From Candidatus Sumerlaeaceae bacterium (GTDB lineage Bacteria > Sumerlaeota > Sumerlaeia > Sumerlaeales > Sumerlaeaceae), in contig JBMFRB010000009.1 in NCBI GenBank assembly GCA_049968255.1, positions 64,001 through 128,000 of the forward strand: DNA of 64,000 nt, written 5' to 3'. Positions within the stretch are counted from its first letter, which is position 1, and every line of letters begins with the position of its first letter. Positions 19,544 through 30,200 of the stretch are shown here, in pieces. The position numbers and the translations under genes were made by a program. Under the pieces are notes generated by a model. It did not search any database. It had not been told where the DNA came from and worked only from the letters and a program-made list of their open reading frames with translations.

Positions 19544-20497
19544 ATGCGATTTTTCGAACAGACCCGTAAGCTGATTTGCTTGGGTGCCTTTTTTGCCTCG
19601 CTGGTGGAAGGCCTTGCGGTCGTGTCGCCTCATGATGTGGAGCTGGGCGCCCCCGCCGCGCCACTGCAGAACATTGATTGGGTTACGACACCGCCCGCCT
19701 CCCTCGAGTGGGGCAAAATCGGAAAAATTGCCATCGTAGAATTCTGGGCCACCTGGTGTGGGCCATGCCGCATTAGCATTCCGCACCTCGCAGAACTCCA
19801 ACGCAAGTATGCCGCGCAAGGAGTGACAATTGTCGGAATCTCCGACGAGCCGAAAGACACAGTCCAGCAATTCGTTGCCACCCAAGGCGTCAGCATGCCC
19901 TATGCCGTTGGGGTTCAGGCCACGCGGCAGCTTTTCAGATCGTATATGGGAGCGTTCGGGGTTCGCGGTATTCCTCACGCTTTTATTGTTTCGGCTGACG
20001 GCAGGATTCTCTGGCACGGCCACCCCATGATGATGGACAAACCGTTGGAAGACATTATCAGCGGGCGTTATGATTTGGAAAAAGCCCGCCTTGCTGATCG
20101 AGCCCAGCGCGCTCTTAGCAAGCTCCAACATATTCTCACGCGCGGTCCTGCGAGCCAACGCGAGGAGGCGTTGAATGCCATGGCGCAACTCGCCGAGCAG
20201 TTTCAAAGAGATCCCGCCTACGTATCGGAGCTCGCAAAGATCTTACGAGCCACCGCTGTGCTCAATCCTGGACTCTCAGCGCGTTACGTCGACATTGCCC
20301 GCCAGATCTATCGGCGCAATCCCCGTTTGGTAGATGTGGCGGAAGTTTATACCGAGCTTCTTCGCCGCGACGGCCGCACCACGGAAGCCGACCAGATGAC
20401 ACGAACGGTTGTAGAAATGCGAACGAAAAGCCTCGTCCGGCCAGTTCTTCCGCGTCCTGTGGCAAGACAAGAAACTTTTATGTCTCAGTCGCGGTAA
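19544..20497 (+). CDS. Exported TlpA/redoxin family thiol-disulfide oxidoreductase with helical C-terminal extension
   Basis: 'VEFWATWCGPCRISIPHL', cis-Pro motif 'GIPHAFIV'; N-terminal hydrophobic segment. Confidence 0.88.
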   Translation: MRFFEQTRKLICLGAFFASLVEGLAVVSPHDVELGAPAAPLQNIDWVTTPPASLEWGKIGKIAIVEFWATWCGPCRISIPHLAELQRKYAAQGVTIVGISDEPKDTVQQFVATQGVSMPYAVGVQATRQLFRSYMGAFGVRGIPHAFIVSADGRILWHGHPMMMDKPLEDIISGRYDLEKARLADRAQRALSKLQHILTRGPASQREEALNAMAQLAEQFQRDPAYVSELAKILRATAVLNPGLSARYVDIARQIYRRNPRLVDVAEVYTELLRRDGRTTEADQMTRTVVEMRTKSLVRPVLPRPVARQETFMSQSR

Positions 20498-20650
20498 TTT
20501 GTTTTCTTCGCGCTGAACGCCGGCGCCTCCTTTCACAGGTTCCCCCTGGCTTTTATCGGTTTCCGAAGATTTCGCTTGCCAAATTTCCTCCCACTGCCTG
20601 CACAATGGCGGTGGTTCTTTTTACGAATGCTCCGAGTGGAGGACAGACGT

Positions 20651-21769
20651 ATGCGTAGGTTTGGCTATGCCGTGGGAATTCTCGCAATTGCCAGTGTCAG
20701 CTTAGCGCAGCAGACGCTTGTGCCGAAAAAAACTTCTCCGATTCGCTCCTGCGAATCGGCGTGGGCTTATCGCCCGCAGGTTGCTGTCTGTCCTCCGGGT
20801 GATAGCAAGGCTCCGATCCCAGTCGAGGAAACGCGCCGCGTGCTCAATGAAATCATGGGCTCGCCGCTGCTCAGCAAATCCATCGCAGAATGGGTGGACC
20901 TCGGCCTTGGTGCTTGCCATGGGCTGAACAAGGAAGATGTGGCGGTGGCGTACTTGCTCATCTCACGCGAGAATCACGGAGCTCCCCATTTGGGTCATTT
21001 CCGTGGCGAAGAGCCAATGTATGCTTCGAGCATAGCCAAGCTCTTCTACGCTGTTGCGGCGTACAAGAAAATGCAGGATCGCTGCATTCGCGACTCGAAG
21101 ATTGAGAGCGATATTGTGGCCATGCTGCGCGACGATGACCACGAGGCGGCCAACCGTGTGGTGGATTTCATCAGCGGCACCGAGTCGGGCAATGAACTGT
21201 CCGGAGGCGATTTCCGCGCCTTTGCTCGTAAGCGCAATTGGGTCAATCGGTACTTTGAAAGCGTCGGTTTCGAAGGCCTCAACGTAAACCAAAAGTTCTG
21301 GATGGACAAGCCGAGCCCGCGCGATCTCCAACTGCTCGGTACGAAGCTCAATCAAAATTACGAGAACAGCAACCGTGTGACCGCGGCGCAGGCCGCTGAG
21401 CTTCTTTACCTTGTTTATGCCGATGCCATCGTCTCCCAACACGCCTGCGAGAAAATCAAAAAGGCAATTGAGCGGCGGGTTGACGATGCGAAGATTGGAC
21501 CCCTGCAAGGTATCGCGGCTGGTTTGCCTAGCGGTTCCAAGATGTGGAACGTGAAGGGTTTCACCTATCAGAACTTCAACGAGGTGGCGCTCGTGGAGCT
21601 TCCCAACGGCCAACTCTACGTGCTGAGCGTGCTCACCCGCTACGCTGATCACGTGAAAAATTTTTCCACTCAGGTCAGCCGGGTCGCCGCCCATCGGGCG
21701 ATGGTACACACGGCTGATGACGATGTGAACAACGCCTATCTGCTTTCGACCCGATCAGGTGCCCAGTGA
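20651..21769 (+). CDS. Secreted class A beta-lactamase-like serine hydrolase fold protein, degenerate active site
   Basis: RBS GGAGG; signal peptide; 'YASSIAKLFY' (SxxK); SDN position reads 'DDH'; KTG position reads 'VKG'. Confidence 0.75.
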   Translation: MRRFGYAVGILAIASVSLAQQTLVPKKTSPIRSCESAWAYRPQVAVCPPGDSKAPIPVEETRRVLNEIMGSPLLSKSIAEWVDLGLGACHGLNKEDVAVAYLLISRENHGAPHLGHFRGEEPMYASSIAKLFYAVAAYKKMQDRCIRDSKIESDIVAMLRDDDHEAANRVVDFISGTESGNELSGGDFRAFARKRNWVNRYFESVGFEGLNVNQKFWMDKPSPRDLQLLGTKLNQNYENSNRVTAAQAAELLYLVYADAIVSQHACEKIKKAIERRVDDAKIGPLQGIAAGLPSGSKMWNVKGFTYQNFNEVALVELPNGQLYVLSVLTRYADHVKNFSTQVSRVAAHRAMVHTADDDVNNAYLLSTRSGAQ

Positions 21770-21950
21770 GTAAACTTGGCGCTGTGCTGGGCTGAGTCCG
21801 TGTGCGGCAAATCGCCGACATGGCAGCGGGTGTCGGTTTGCTGGCCCGCCAAACATAGTGCGTGAGCAAGCCGCAACATGGGTGACTCCCCTTGCGCGAG
21901 ACACGCGGCATTGTCGTTGTGCGGCACAGGCCACGAGTGGTTTGGTCTCA

Positions 21951-22424
21951 TCATGATGGCAAATACGTGCCATTTTCCTGCAGCAGGACGCGCACCTCGT
22001 GGCTGAACTCGCTCACGTCACGGAACTGGCGGTAGACGCTGGCGAAGCGAACATAAGCCACTTCGTCCACTTCACGTAGTTTCCTGAGTACGATCTCGCC
22101 AATCTTGAGCGAGCTCACTTCCTTTTCCATGCTGTTGTAGAGTTGCTTCTCCACAAATTGCACGATCCGCTCGACCTGTTCAAGCGTGACGGGGCGCTTT
22201 TCGCATGCGCGGAGGATACCCGCAGCGATTTTTTGTCTGTCGAAAGCCTCACGCTTACCGTCGCGTTTGATGACGACGATGGGAACTTTTTCGACAACTT
22301 CGAAAGTTGTGAATCGGTGTCCGCACTGCAGGCATTCGCGGCGCCTGCGGATGGAATCACCCCGCGGGCTTTGCCGCGAGTTCACAACCTTGCTTTCCGT
22401 GTGGCCGCAAAAGGGGCACAACAT
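21951..22424 (-). CDS. nrdR: Transcriptional repressor NrdR
   Basis: 'MLCPFC', 'IRRRRECLQCGHRFTTFE', ATP-cone, 'VAYVRFASVYRQF'. Confidence 0.97.
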   Translation of the reverse strand: MLCPFCGHTESKVVNSRQSPRGDSIRRRRECLQCGHRFTTFEVVEKVPIVVIKRDGKREAFDRQKIAAGILRACEKRPVTLEQVERIVQFVEKQLYNSMEKEVSSLKIGEIVLRKLREVDEVAYVRFASVYRQFRDVSEFSHEVRVLLQENGTYLPS

Positions 22425-22463
22425 CTATAATCACCTGGGCTCAGTAGGTACAAGATAGGGTAG
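22416..22463. promoter_or_regulatory. Tandem NrdR-box-like sites overlapping the nrdR start
   Basis: GCACAACATCTATAAT (22416) and GTACAAGATAGGGTAG (22448) partly match acaCwAtATaTwGtg and are 32 bp apart. Confidence 0.45.
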
Positions 22464-22495
22464 TTCCGTCAAGCCAATTGTTTCTGGTCAAGGCT

Positions 22496-22548
22496 TTTTC
22501 CACAGAAAGGCGCCCTCCTGTGGAAAAGTTGTGGATGAGTGTGGATAT
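22496..22548. promoter_or_regulatory. Cluster of four DnaA-box-like 9-mers
   Basis: TTTTCCACA (22496), TGTGGAAAA (22519), TGTGGATGA (22530), TGTGGATAT (22540); each is one mismatch from TTATCCACA/TGTGGATAA. Confidence 0.6.
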
Positions 22549-22689
22549 TTCTCACTGCTTTGTCACTTCTCGGGCATAGGCGTTTCGCGCCTGCCTCATC
22601 GAATGAGAGAAAGTTTGCCCCGACCCGACGACAGAGCGCGCGTCGTCGGGTGCAGCGCGAGCCCTGCGCTCGGGGCCGAACGTGCGCCT

Positions 22690-23994
22690 CTATTGCTCCA
22701 CAGCGCAAGCGGGGGCCGCTTTGCGCGTGGTCGGCATGCGATCGAGCCGTCCGAACGCGCGCAGTTCAGGGAAGATTTTTGCGCACACAGCCACAACGAC
22801 AAGCGTCCCGATCCCACCGAGCACCACGGCCGGCACTGTTCCAAAGAGGTGTGCCGTCACACCTGACTCGAACTCGCCGAGGTTGTTTGACGCACCTATG
22901 AAAATGAGGTTTACTGCGCTAACACGTCCTCGCATTTCAGGAGGCGTGACGAGCTGAACCACAGTGTGTCGGATTACTACGCTCACCATGTCCGCCGCAC
23001 CCAGAACCATGAGCGCCGCCATAGAAAGTGGAAAACTTTTCGATAGGCCAAAGACGATCGTCATGAGCCCAAATACGGTGACGGCGCGGAGCATAGCTTT
23101 GCCCGCTTGCTGCATGGGAGGCAAATGCGCGAACACAATGGCCATGACACCTGCGCCGACCGAGGGTGCCGCTCGCAACAGGCCATAACCCATTTCTCCA
23201 ACGCAGAGAATGTCCTTTGCGTAAATCGGCAGCAAAGCCACGGCTCCTCCGAGCAACACTGCAAACAGGTCCAACGTCATGGCCCCCAAAATGATTTTAT
23301 TTTGCCACACATAGCGGAAGCCGGCGAAGAGCGTATCGCACGAAATGGGAGCCTGTTCGAGCCGATCAAGCCGCGTGCGAATGGATGCCATGAAGAAAGC
23401 AGCCGTCAGAGCAAAACCTGCATCCCAAGCATAAACGACCGCGGGATTCTTGAAGAGAGCTAATAGTAATCCCGCAAATGCGGGTCCGGCGATGGAGGCG
23501 AATTGCCACAACGAGGAGTTCCATGCCACCGCATTGCTGAAAATCTCGGTAGGAACAAGGTGCGGCAGCAGCGCTTGGCTAGCTGGTCCAGCGAAAGCAT
23601 GCGCGGTTCCAATAAGAAAAATCAGAGCAAAAATCAGGGGCACTGTGATCAGTCTGGTGTGCGTCAAGACCACCATCGTTGTGGAAAGCAAGGCCAGCAC
23701 GCTCATGCATGTGGCCACGACAAGTTTGCGGTCGTAGCGATCGGCCACGTGACCGGTGACGAGAATCAGCAAAACCGCGGGGAGAAATTGCACCAGGCCA
23801 ATAAAACCCAACGCCAACTTGCTGGAAGTCATCTCGTAAATTTGCCAGGCAACGGTCGTCCCCTGCATCTGCCAGCTTATGACGAAAAGCAGGCGGGCTA
23901 GTTCGAACCGACGAAAATCAGGATAGCGAAACGCAGCAAAGCCTCGGCTCTTAGCCGAGGCACTCGATGATTGGTCACTCGACGGCTCGGGCAT
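22690..23994 (-). CDS. MFS transporter (MFS_3/EntS-like)
   Basis: ~12 TM; motif A 'GHVADRYDRK'; 'TPPEMRGRVSA'. Confidence 0.92.
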   Translation of the reverse strand: MPEPSSDQSSSASAKSRGFAAFRYPDFRRFELARLLFVISWQMQGTTVAWQIYEMTSSKLALGFIGLVQFLPAVLLILVTGHVADRYDRKLVVATCMSVLALLSTTMVVLTHTRLITVPLIFALIFLIGTAHAFAGPASQALLPHLVPTEIFSNAVAWNSSLWQFASIAGPAFAGLLLALFKNPAVVYAWDAGFALTAAFFMASIRTRLDRLEQAPISCDTLFAGFRYVWQNKIILGAMTLDLFAVLLGGAVALLPIYAKDILCVGEMGYGLLRAAPSVGAGVMAIVFAHLPPMQQAGKAMLRAVTVFGLMTIVFGLSKSFPLSMAALMVLGAADMVSVVIRHTVVQLVTPPEMRGRVSAVNLIFIGASNNLGEFESGVTAHLFGTVPAVVLGGIGTLVVVAVCAKIFPELRAFGRLDRMPTTRKAAPACAVEQ

Positions 23995-24100
23995 TTCGCC
24001 AACACTTTACCATGGTGAAAGCATTTCGTGCGAACATGAGCGTTGCGCAACACAAGTGGCGCGAGTTCACAGGAACCATTACTAGTCTTTTTCCCGCGAA

Positions 24101-25165
24101 TCAGAACGGCATAGCCTCGTCAGGTGGTCCGACCTTTAGCTCGCCAGCAAACCCCGGATAAATCAGATAAATCCTGGGGATCGTGGCTTTCTCGACGTAA
24201 CAGGTTACAGGAGCAGTCTCACGTGAGGACGCTGTATCGCGCAAAAAATGGTAAATTCGTTCCACGCCATACTGCTCGCGCCGATCTTCTCCGATGTATT
24301 TCAAGCGTCGTGAAAGCGTGCGTTTTGAGCCCAGGATCTTATAGTCAGCCGTAAGTTCATAAAAAACCTGGCCGTTGTCTTCCGTCACGGTGGTGAGGGC
24401 CACAGTTCCATTGCCGACTTTCAGTCCGTGCCATCGCCACTGCGAGAGTTGGCTATAATCAATTTGGGGAGCGTTTTCCTTCGCAGCAGCGCGCTGCTTT
24501 TCTTGCTCTTCTTCATCATCGGCCACAGGTAACACGCCCAGGCGCTCGCCGATGATTTCTTCATCCATGATGATGTTGGCACTTTCCTTGAGTTTGGTGA
24601 GCACCTGCGACGCTACCTCGCGCAAGCTTTCGCGCACGCCGATGCCTTCTGTGGCCACCGCTTCGAACTCTGCGAATCGCCCGAGGGGATTGAGATGCGC
24701 CCGCAGTTCTTCCACGGGCAGCGCGTTGGGTAAATCCCGCTTGTTATACTGCATCACGAAGGGAACTCGGTCCAAGCTCAAGCCGTACTCGCGCAAATTT
24801 TCCTCGAGGTTTGTCAGGCTCTCAATGTTGTCCTGGAGCCGATCAGCTTGGGAATCAGCCACGAAAACGATGCCATCCACACCGCGAAGCACCAACTTGC
24901 GTGTCGCATTGTAAAAAACCTGACCAGGCACCGTGTAGAGTTGAAACTTCGTTTTGAACCCTTTGACGTCGCCGACATCCAGCGGCAGGAAATCAAAGAA
25001 CAACGTCTGATCCTGTTCGGTTGCCAGCGACACAAGCTGTCCCCGATGTTTTTCTGGAACATTGCTATGCACGAACTGCAGGTTTGTCGTCTTGCCCCCA
25101 AAGCCGGGGCCATAGTAAACAATTTTGCATGCAATTTCACGAAATGCGTAGTTGATGTTGGCCAT
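24101..25165 (-). CDS. mglA: MglA-like small GTPase with C-terminal extension
   Basis: '[16 protein letters not shown]', 'TLFFDFLPL', '[30 protein letters not shown]', 'QYNKRDLP'; ~160 extra residues. Confidence 0.85.
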   Translation of the reverse strand: MANINYAFREIACKIVYYGPGFGGKTTNLQFVHSNVPEKHRGQLVSLATEQDQTLFFDFLPLDVGDVKGFKTKFQLYTVPGQVFYNATRKLVLRGVDGIVFVADSQADRLQDNIESLTNLEENLREYGLSLDRVPFVMQYNKRDLPNALPVEELRAHLNPLGRFAEFEAVATEGIGVRESLREVASQVLTKLKESANIIMDEEIIGERLGVLPVADDEEEQEKQRAAAKENAPQIDYSQLSQWRWHGLKVGNGTVALTTVTEDNGQVFYELTADYKILGSKRTLSRRLKYIGEDRREQYGVERIYHFLRDTASSRETAPVTCYVEKATIPRIYLIYPGFAGELKVGPPDEAMPF

Positions 25166-25243
25166 AATTGCGCCTCGCGCTTGATGCGCTACCTTATTTC
25201 AATTCGATTCAACTAGCAGGGCGACGGTAGTAAAGCGCAAAAG

Positions 25244-27016
25244 ATGAAATCAAGAGACGATAAAGACTCGAACTGTTTGGAATTACAGTTTCCGGAGAGT
25301 TCGACGGGGCTGCCTCATCCGTTGGCCGATTATCCGCTCGTGCGCGATTGGTTGGCTGGCGATGACAAGGCGCTGGAATTGTGCGAACCTTACGACCCCA
25401 CATGGCAGCGGGCGATTGAACGGCGTGACCGAAACTCGCCCGAACCACTTTCTCCGGCCGAAATCCAAGAGCTCACACAGTTCAATCTTGCCTACGGCAA
25501 TGTTGCTGGCGCGGCGCTCATTCCTGCGCTTGGCGTAGCGGGAACCCTCGCGGTCGTTGCTGGTCAACAGCCAAACCTCCTGGCCTCACCGCTTTTTATC
25601 CTCGTCAAAGCCATCGCCACGGTCGACCTCGCCAGGCAGATTTCGCAAAGGACAGGACGTCGCGTCGTGCCGATTTTCTGGGTGGCCTCTGATGACCACG
25701 ACTTTGCGGAACTGGCGCAATGCTATGTGCTAGGGCGCAGTGGTGCTCTGCGGAATCTGGCCGTTCTCGTGGTGCGCCACGGTGCGTTCGCAGAAGCCTC
25801 GCCGGCATTCGCATGGAATCTTGATCCTGTTGCGCCAGCCATCACGGCCGCCCTGCGTGGCGAATTGCCCACGGGGGTCGCGCGGGCGAACACTCTTGAT
25901 GCTGTGGAAAAAGCGCTCGTTGGCCCCGCCACATTCGAGAGCGTTTTTTGCCGCCTGCTTGCGGCGTACCTCGAAGATCATCCCATTATTTTTGTCGCGC
26001 CTCGCCTTCGATTCCTGCGACAGCGCCAACGTCCGCTTCTCCAAAAAGAACTAGAAAATTTCGAAAAGACAAACTTGGCCGTTGCAGAAGGCGGACGCAA
26101 TCTGAACCGCCACGGTTACCGGCCCCAGGTGCATCGCCGCGTCCACGACCTCAATTTTTTCTACATGCTTGATTCATTGCGCTGCCGCCTCGTTCACCGC
26201 GGCAAACGCGTGCACGTCGAGCATCCTCTGAAAAAGCAGGTGTTGAGTACTTTCCTTGTCGACGATCTACTCGGCCATGCTGAACGGCATTGGGAAAATT
26301 TTTCGCCGAATGTCGTTTTGCGTCCCCTGGTTCAGGATTATGCTCTGCCGACAGTCGCCTATGTTGCAGGACCGGCTGAGTTTACTTATCTCACCCAAAT
26401 TCGCCCAGTCTACGAGCTTTTCGGTGTGGAGCCAGCGCCGCCGGTGCTTCGGCCTATGCTCACGTTGCTCAGCAGCGCGACTCGGCAAACACTCGAGAGG
26501 CTCGGTGCTTGGGAAGCTTTTTTGCGCGGCGGGCTCTCGGCTGTTGTCGAGCATGTCGTCGAGGGTGATGCCCAGTTTGGGGAGACGCTGCGCCGCCTTC
26601 GCGCTCACGAAGACATGCTGCAGCGGGAGCTTTCGGCCCTTGGCACTAACCTGACGTTGCGCCATGCACATCTGGCTGTTGCGTTTGAAAAAACACGCCA
26701 TCACATTTCGACCGGCCTAAAAAAGCTTCGCCATCGAATTTTGCGACAATTCCGGCCACCCGACGACGACATGTGCCGCGACCTGTGCAGCGTATTCACC
26801 GAAGTCGCTCCTATGGCGACGGTGCAAGAGCGTGTGCTGAGTCCCCTGAGTTTTGGCAACGAGCTCGACCCACGGCAACTGGCAAATGCCATTGCAACTC
26901 TGCTCAAGAACTGGCATCCAACGGCAGACCCGCACGTTGGGGCAATCACTCCGCCTGGCTCGACACGCCGCAAAATTGCGCCAACGCCAACAAGTCAAGC
27001 CCTGACCACAGAATAA
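25244..27016 (+). CDS. bshC: Bacillithiol biosynthesis protein BshC-like
   Basis: 'VVAGQQ', 'VPIFWVASDDHDFAE', 'FSPNVVLRPLVQDYALPTVAYVAGPAE', 'QERVLS'. Confidence 0.85.
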   Translation: MKSRDDKDSNCLELQFPESSTGLPHPLADYPLVRDWLAGDDKALELCEPYDPTWQRAIERRDRNSPEPLSPAEIQELTQFNLAYGNVAGAALIPALGVAGTLAVVAGQQPNLLASPLFILVKAIATVDLARQISQRTGRRVVPIFWVASDDHDFAELAQCYVLGRSGALRNLAVLVVRHGAFAEASPAFAWNLDPVAPAITAALRGELPTGVARANTLDAVEKALVGPATFESVFCRLLAAYLEDHPIIFVAPRLRFLRQRQRPLLQKELENFEKTNLAVAEGGRNLNRHGYRPQVHRRVHDLNFFYMLDSLRCRLVHRGKRVHVEHPLKKQVLSTFLVDDLLGHAERHWENFSPNVVLRPLVQDYALPTVAYVAGPAEFTYLTQIRPVYELFGVEPAPPVLRPMLTLLSSATRQTLERLGAWEAFLRGGLSAVVEHVVEGDAQFGETLRRLRAHEDMLQRELSALGTNLTLRHAHLAVAFEKTRHHISTGLKKLRHRILRQFRPPDDDMCRDLCSVFTEVAPMATVQERVLSPLSFGNELDPRQLANAIATLLKNWHPTADPHVGAITPPGSTRRKIAPTPTSQALTTE

Positions 27017-27201
27017 CCGAGAATAAATCTGCAAACGGCGGATATTATGGCTTTCGCTGCACTTTGCCTAATGCGCAGAGGTAAAGCTCCTATTACAGCA
27101 CAAATCGTTAGAATAACACCACTTCAAAGAAGCCAACGCGCGTTCATGATGCCCAACAGTTGCTCCAGAAGACCCGGAGCGCCGAGGAGGATTTTTGCCT
27201 A

Positions 27202-30200
27202 ATGGTCAAACTAACCAACCGTAGCCTTCCCACCACACCCACGGGTCGCGTCAATTTCTCCCGTCTTAAGGAGGTTCTCGATGTTCCCTACCTGCTTGAG
27301 ACGATGAAGAAAAGCTACGACGAATTTCTGCAGGCGCATGTGCCGCCCGATATGCGGGAAAACGTGGGTCTCCAGGCCGCCTTCACGAGTATTTTCCCGA
27401 TCAAAGCCGCTAATTCTGAGACCAGTCTCGAGTTTGTGGAGTACACAATTGGCCGGCCCAAGTACACCGAGCAGGAGTGCTTGGAGCGAGGGTTGACCTA
27501 CGCGGCGCCTCTGCAGGCTAAGCTCCAACTGTGCGTGCGAGAGCGCAACCCTGAAACTGCCGAAGTGGACATTCGCGACATTCGCGAGCAGAACACCTAC
27601 ATTGGGGATATCCCGCTGATGACCGATCGGGGCACGTTCATCATCAATGGGGCCGAACGTGTCATCGTGTCGCAGTTACATCGTTCGCCGGGCGTGGCTT
27701 TCGGTTCGACGGTTCACTCCAATGGCAAAACCCTTTACGAAGCACGCGTCATCCCGAATTACGGGGCATGGATCGAGTTCAAAGTGGACATCAATGACGT
27801 CATGTACGTCGAGGTGGACCGCAAACGTAAAATGCTGGCCACGACCTTCCTGAAGTGTTTCGGGATGAGTGACAACGACGAAATTGCGCGGCGCTTCTTT
27901 AGGCTCAAGAAAGTACCCCTGGACGACTTCTCCCAGGGGGCTGTCCTTGTTGCTGAAGCCGTTGAAAAATACCTTGGCGCTCATTTTGTGGAGGATGTCA
28001 TCGATCCAAAAACGGGCGAGCGCCTCATTGAGAAGGGGGCGAAAGTCACAAAAAAGGCCGTCCAGCTTTTGCAATCGCATGGCATCAAGAAAGTGCATCT
28101 CGATGTGGCGCCTGCCTATGAGGGACTCATCGGCGCAGTGCTTGGGGCCGAAGTTGTTGATAAAAAAACTGGCGAAGTTTTGGGCGAGTGCTTCGAGAAG
28201 ATCACCACGACGCATCTGCGTCAGTTTGCGCTCGCTGGGGTGAAAGAAATCACCATCATCGACGTCCTCGAAAACGAAACCAACGTCATGCTTGCCACGG
28301 TGATCAAAGATAAGGTCACCACACGCGAAGAAGCTCTTGGCGAGCTGTTCAAACGTATGCGTCAGGGCACGCCCGTCACGCCTCAGGGAGCTCGGCGGCT
28401 ATTTGAAGAATTATTTGAAAATCCGCGGCGCTACGACCTCGGCTACGTCGGCCGTTATAAACTCAACAGGCGTTTTGGCCTCAACGTGCCCGAAGATTGC
28501 CGGTTGCTCACCGTCGACGACGTGGCAGCCATCATGAAGCATCTTGCGCAAATGGCTAAGGAAGGGCTCGAGGAAGACGATATCGATCATCTTGGCACTC
28601 GCCGCGTGCGCAGTGTTGGCGAGCTCTTCCAGAACCAGTTCCGTGCCGCGCTGGCGGAGCTCGAGCGCACAGCACGCGAAAAGATGAATCAGGGTGCTGA
28701 GCTTGAAAATCTCAATCCTCAGAGCCTGATCAATGCCAAGCCGATCATTGCTGCGGTTCGTGAGTTCTTCGGCCGTTCACCGTTGAGCCAGTTCATGGAC
28801 CAGATCAACCCGCTGAGCGAGCTTACCCATAAGCGGCGTCTCAGTGCGTTGGGACCAGGCGGCCTCAGCCGTGAACGCGCTGGCTTCGAAGTGCGCGATG
28901 TCCACCACACCCACTACGGCCGTATTTGCCCCATTGAGACGCCCGAGGGTCCAAACATCGGTCTGATTTCGTCGCTCTCCACCTATGCCCGGATCAATGC
29001 TCTTGGATTCATCGAGACGCCATATCGCCGCGTCGTGAAGGGCGTTGTGACCGATGAAATCGTTTACATGACCGCGGACGAAGAAGACAAATATGTCGTG
29101 GCCCAAGCCAACGCACCAGTGGATGAACAGGGGCAGCTGCTTGGCGAGCTGGTGTTGGCTCGTCGCCGGGGCGATTTCGTCGAAGTGCCTCCGCAGGAAG
29201 TGGATTTTATGGACGTGTCGCCAAAGCAGCTTGTCTCGGTGAGCGCTGCCCTTATTCCCTTCCTCGAGCACGACGACGCTAACCGCGCTCTCATGGGGTC
29301 GAACATGCAACGCCAGGCTGTGCCCCTTCTACGCACAGAAGCCCCCATCGTGGGAACTGGCCTCGAACATCGGGCTGCAGTGGATTCGGGTGCGTGCGTC
29401 CTCGCCCGCAACGATGGAATCGTTGAACGCGTCACAGCCAGCGAAATCGTTGTGCGCAACGAACTTGGGCAGCTCGATTACTACCCCCTGCTCAAGTACC
29501 GCCGCTCAAACCAAGATACCTGCCTGAACCAAAAGCCCATCGTCAACGAAGGCGATCAAGTGGAGGCAGGACAGGTCATTGCCGACGGTCCGGCTACGGA
29601 CCATGGCGAGCTGGCGTTGGGCCGCAATCTCCTGGTGGCCTTCATGCCATTTGGTGGCTACAACTTCGAAGACGCCATTGTCATTAGTGAGCGCGTGGTA
29701 AAAGATGACGCTTACACCTCGATCCACATCGAAGTCTTCTCCCACGATGCGCGTGAAACCAAGGCCGGCAAAGAGGAAATCACTCGCGACATTCCTAATG
29801 TGGGAGAAGAAAAACTCCGCAACCTCGATGAGAACGGCCTGATCATCATCGGCTCCGAGGTGAAACCGGGCGACTATCTCGTGGGCAAGGTCACGCCACG
29901 GCCTGAGCAGGAGCGTGGCCCTGAGGATCGCCTGTTAGCCGCCATCTTTGGCGACAAGAGCCACGACGTTCGGGATGCGTCATTGAAAGCTCCAGCGGGG
30001 TGCTATGGCACAGTCGTGGACGTGAAAATGTTCAGCCGCAAAGAGCGCTCTGCACGCTCGGACAAGCTCGACAAACAGGAAATTGAAAAAGTCGAACAGG
30101 AAAAAATGCGGTTGCTCGAAGATGAAGAAACAAACTTTAGCCGTCGGCTGACGGAGTTGCTCGCCAAAATCTCAAAGCCCATTGTCAATTATGAGACCGG

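Noticed and set aside
27063-27204. 11-bp direct repeat TTTGCCTAATG upstream of and at the rpoB start
   Set aside because: Two copies only; could be chance and no function can be supported.
28760-28870. Possible intrinsic rifampicin resistance in RpoB cluster I
   Set aside because: Residues equivalent to E. coli Q513, D516, S522, H526 and S531 are all wild-type ('[22 protein letters not shown]').
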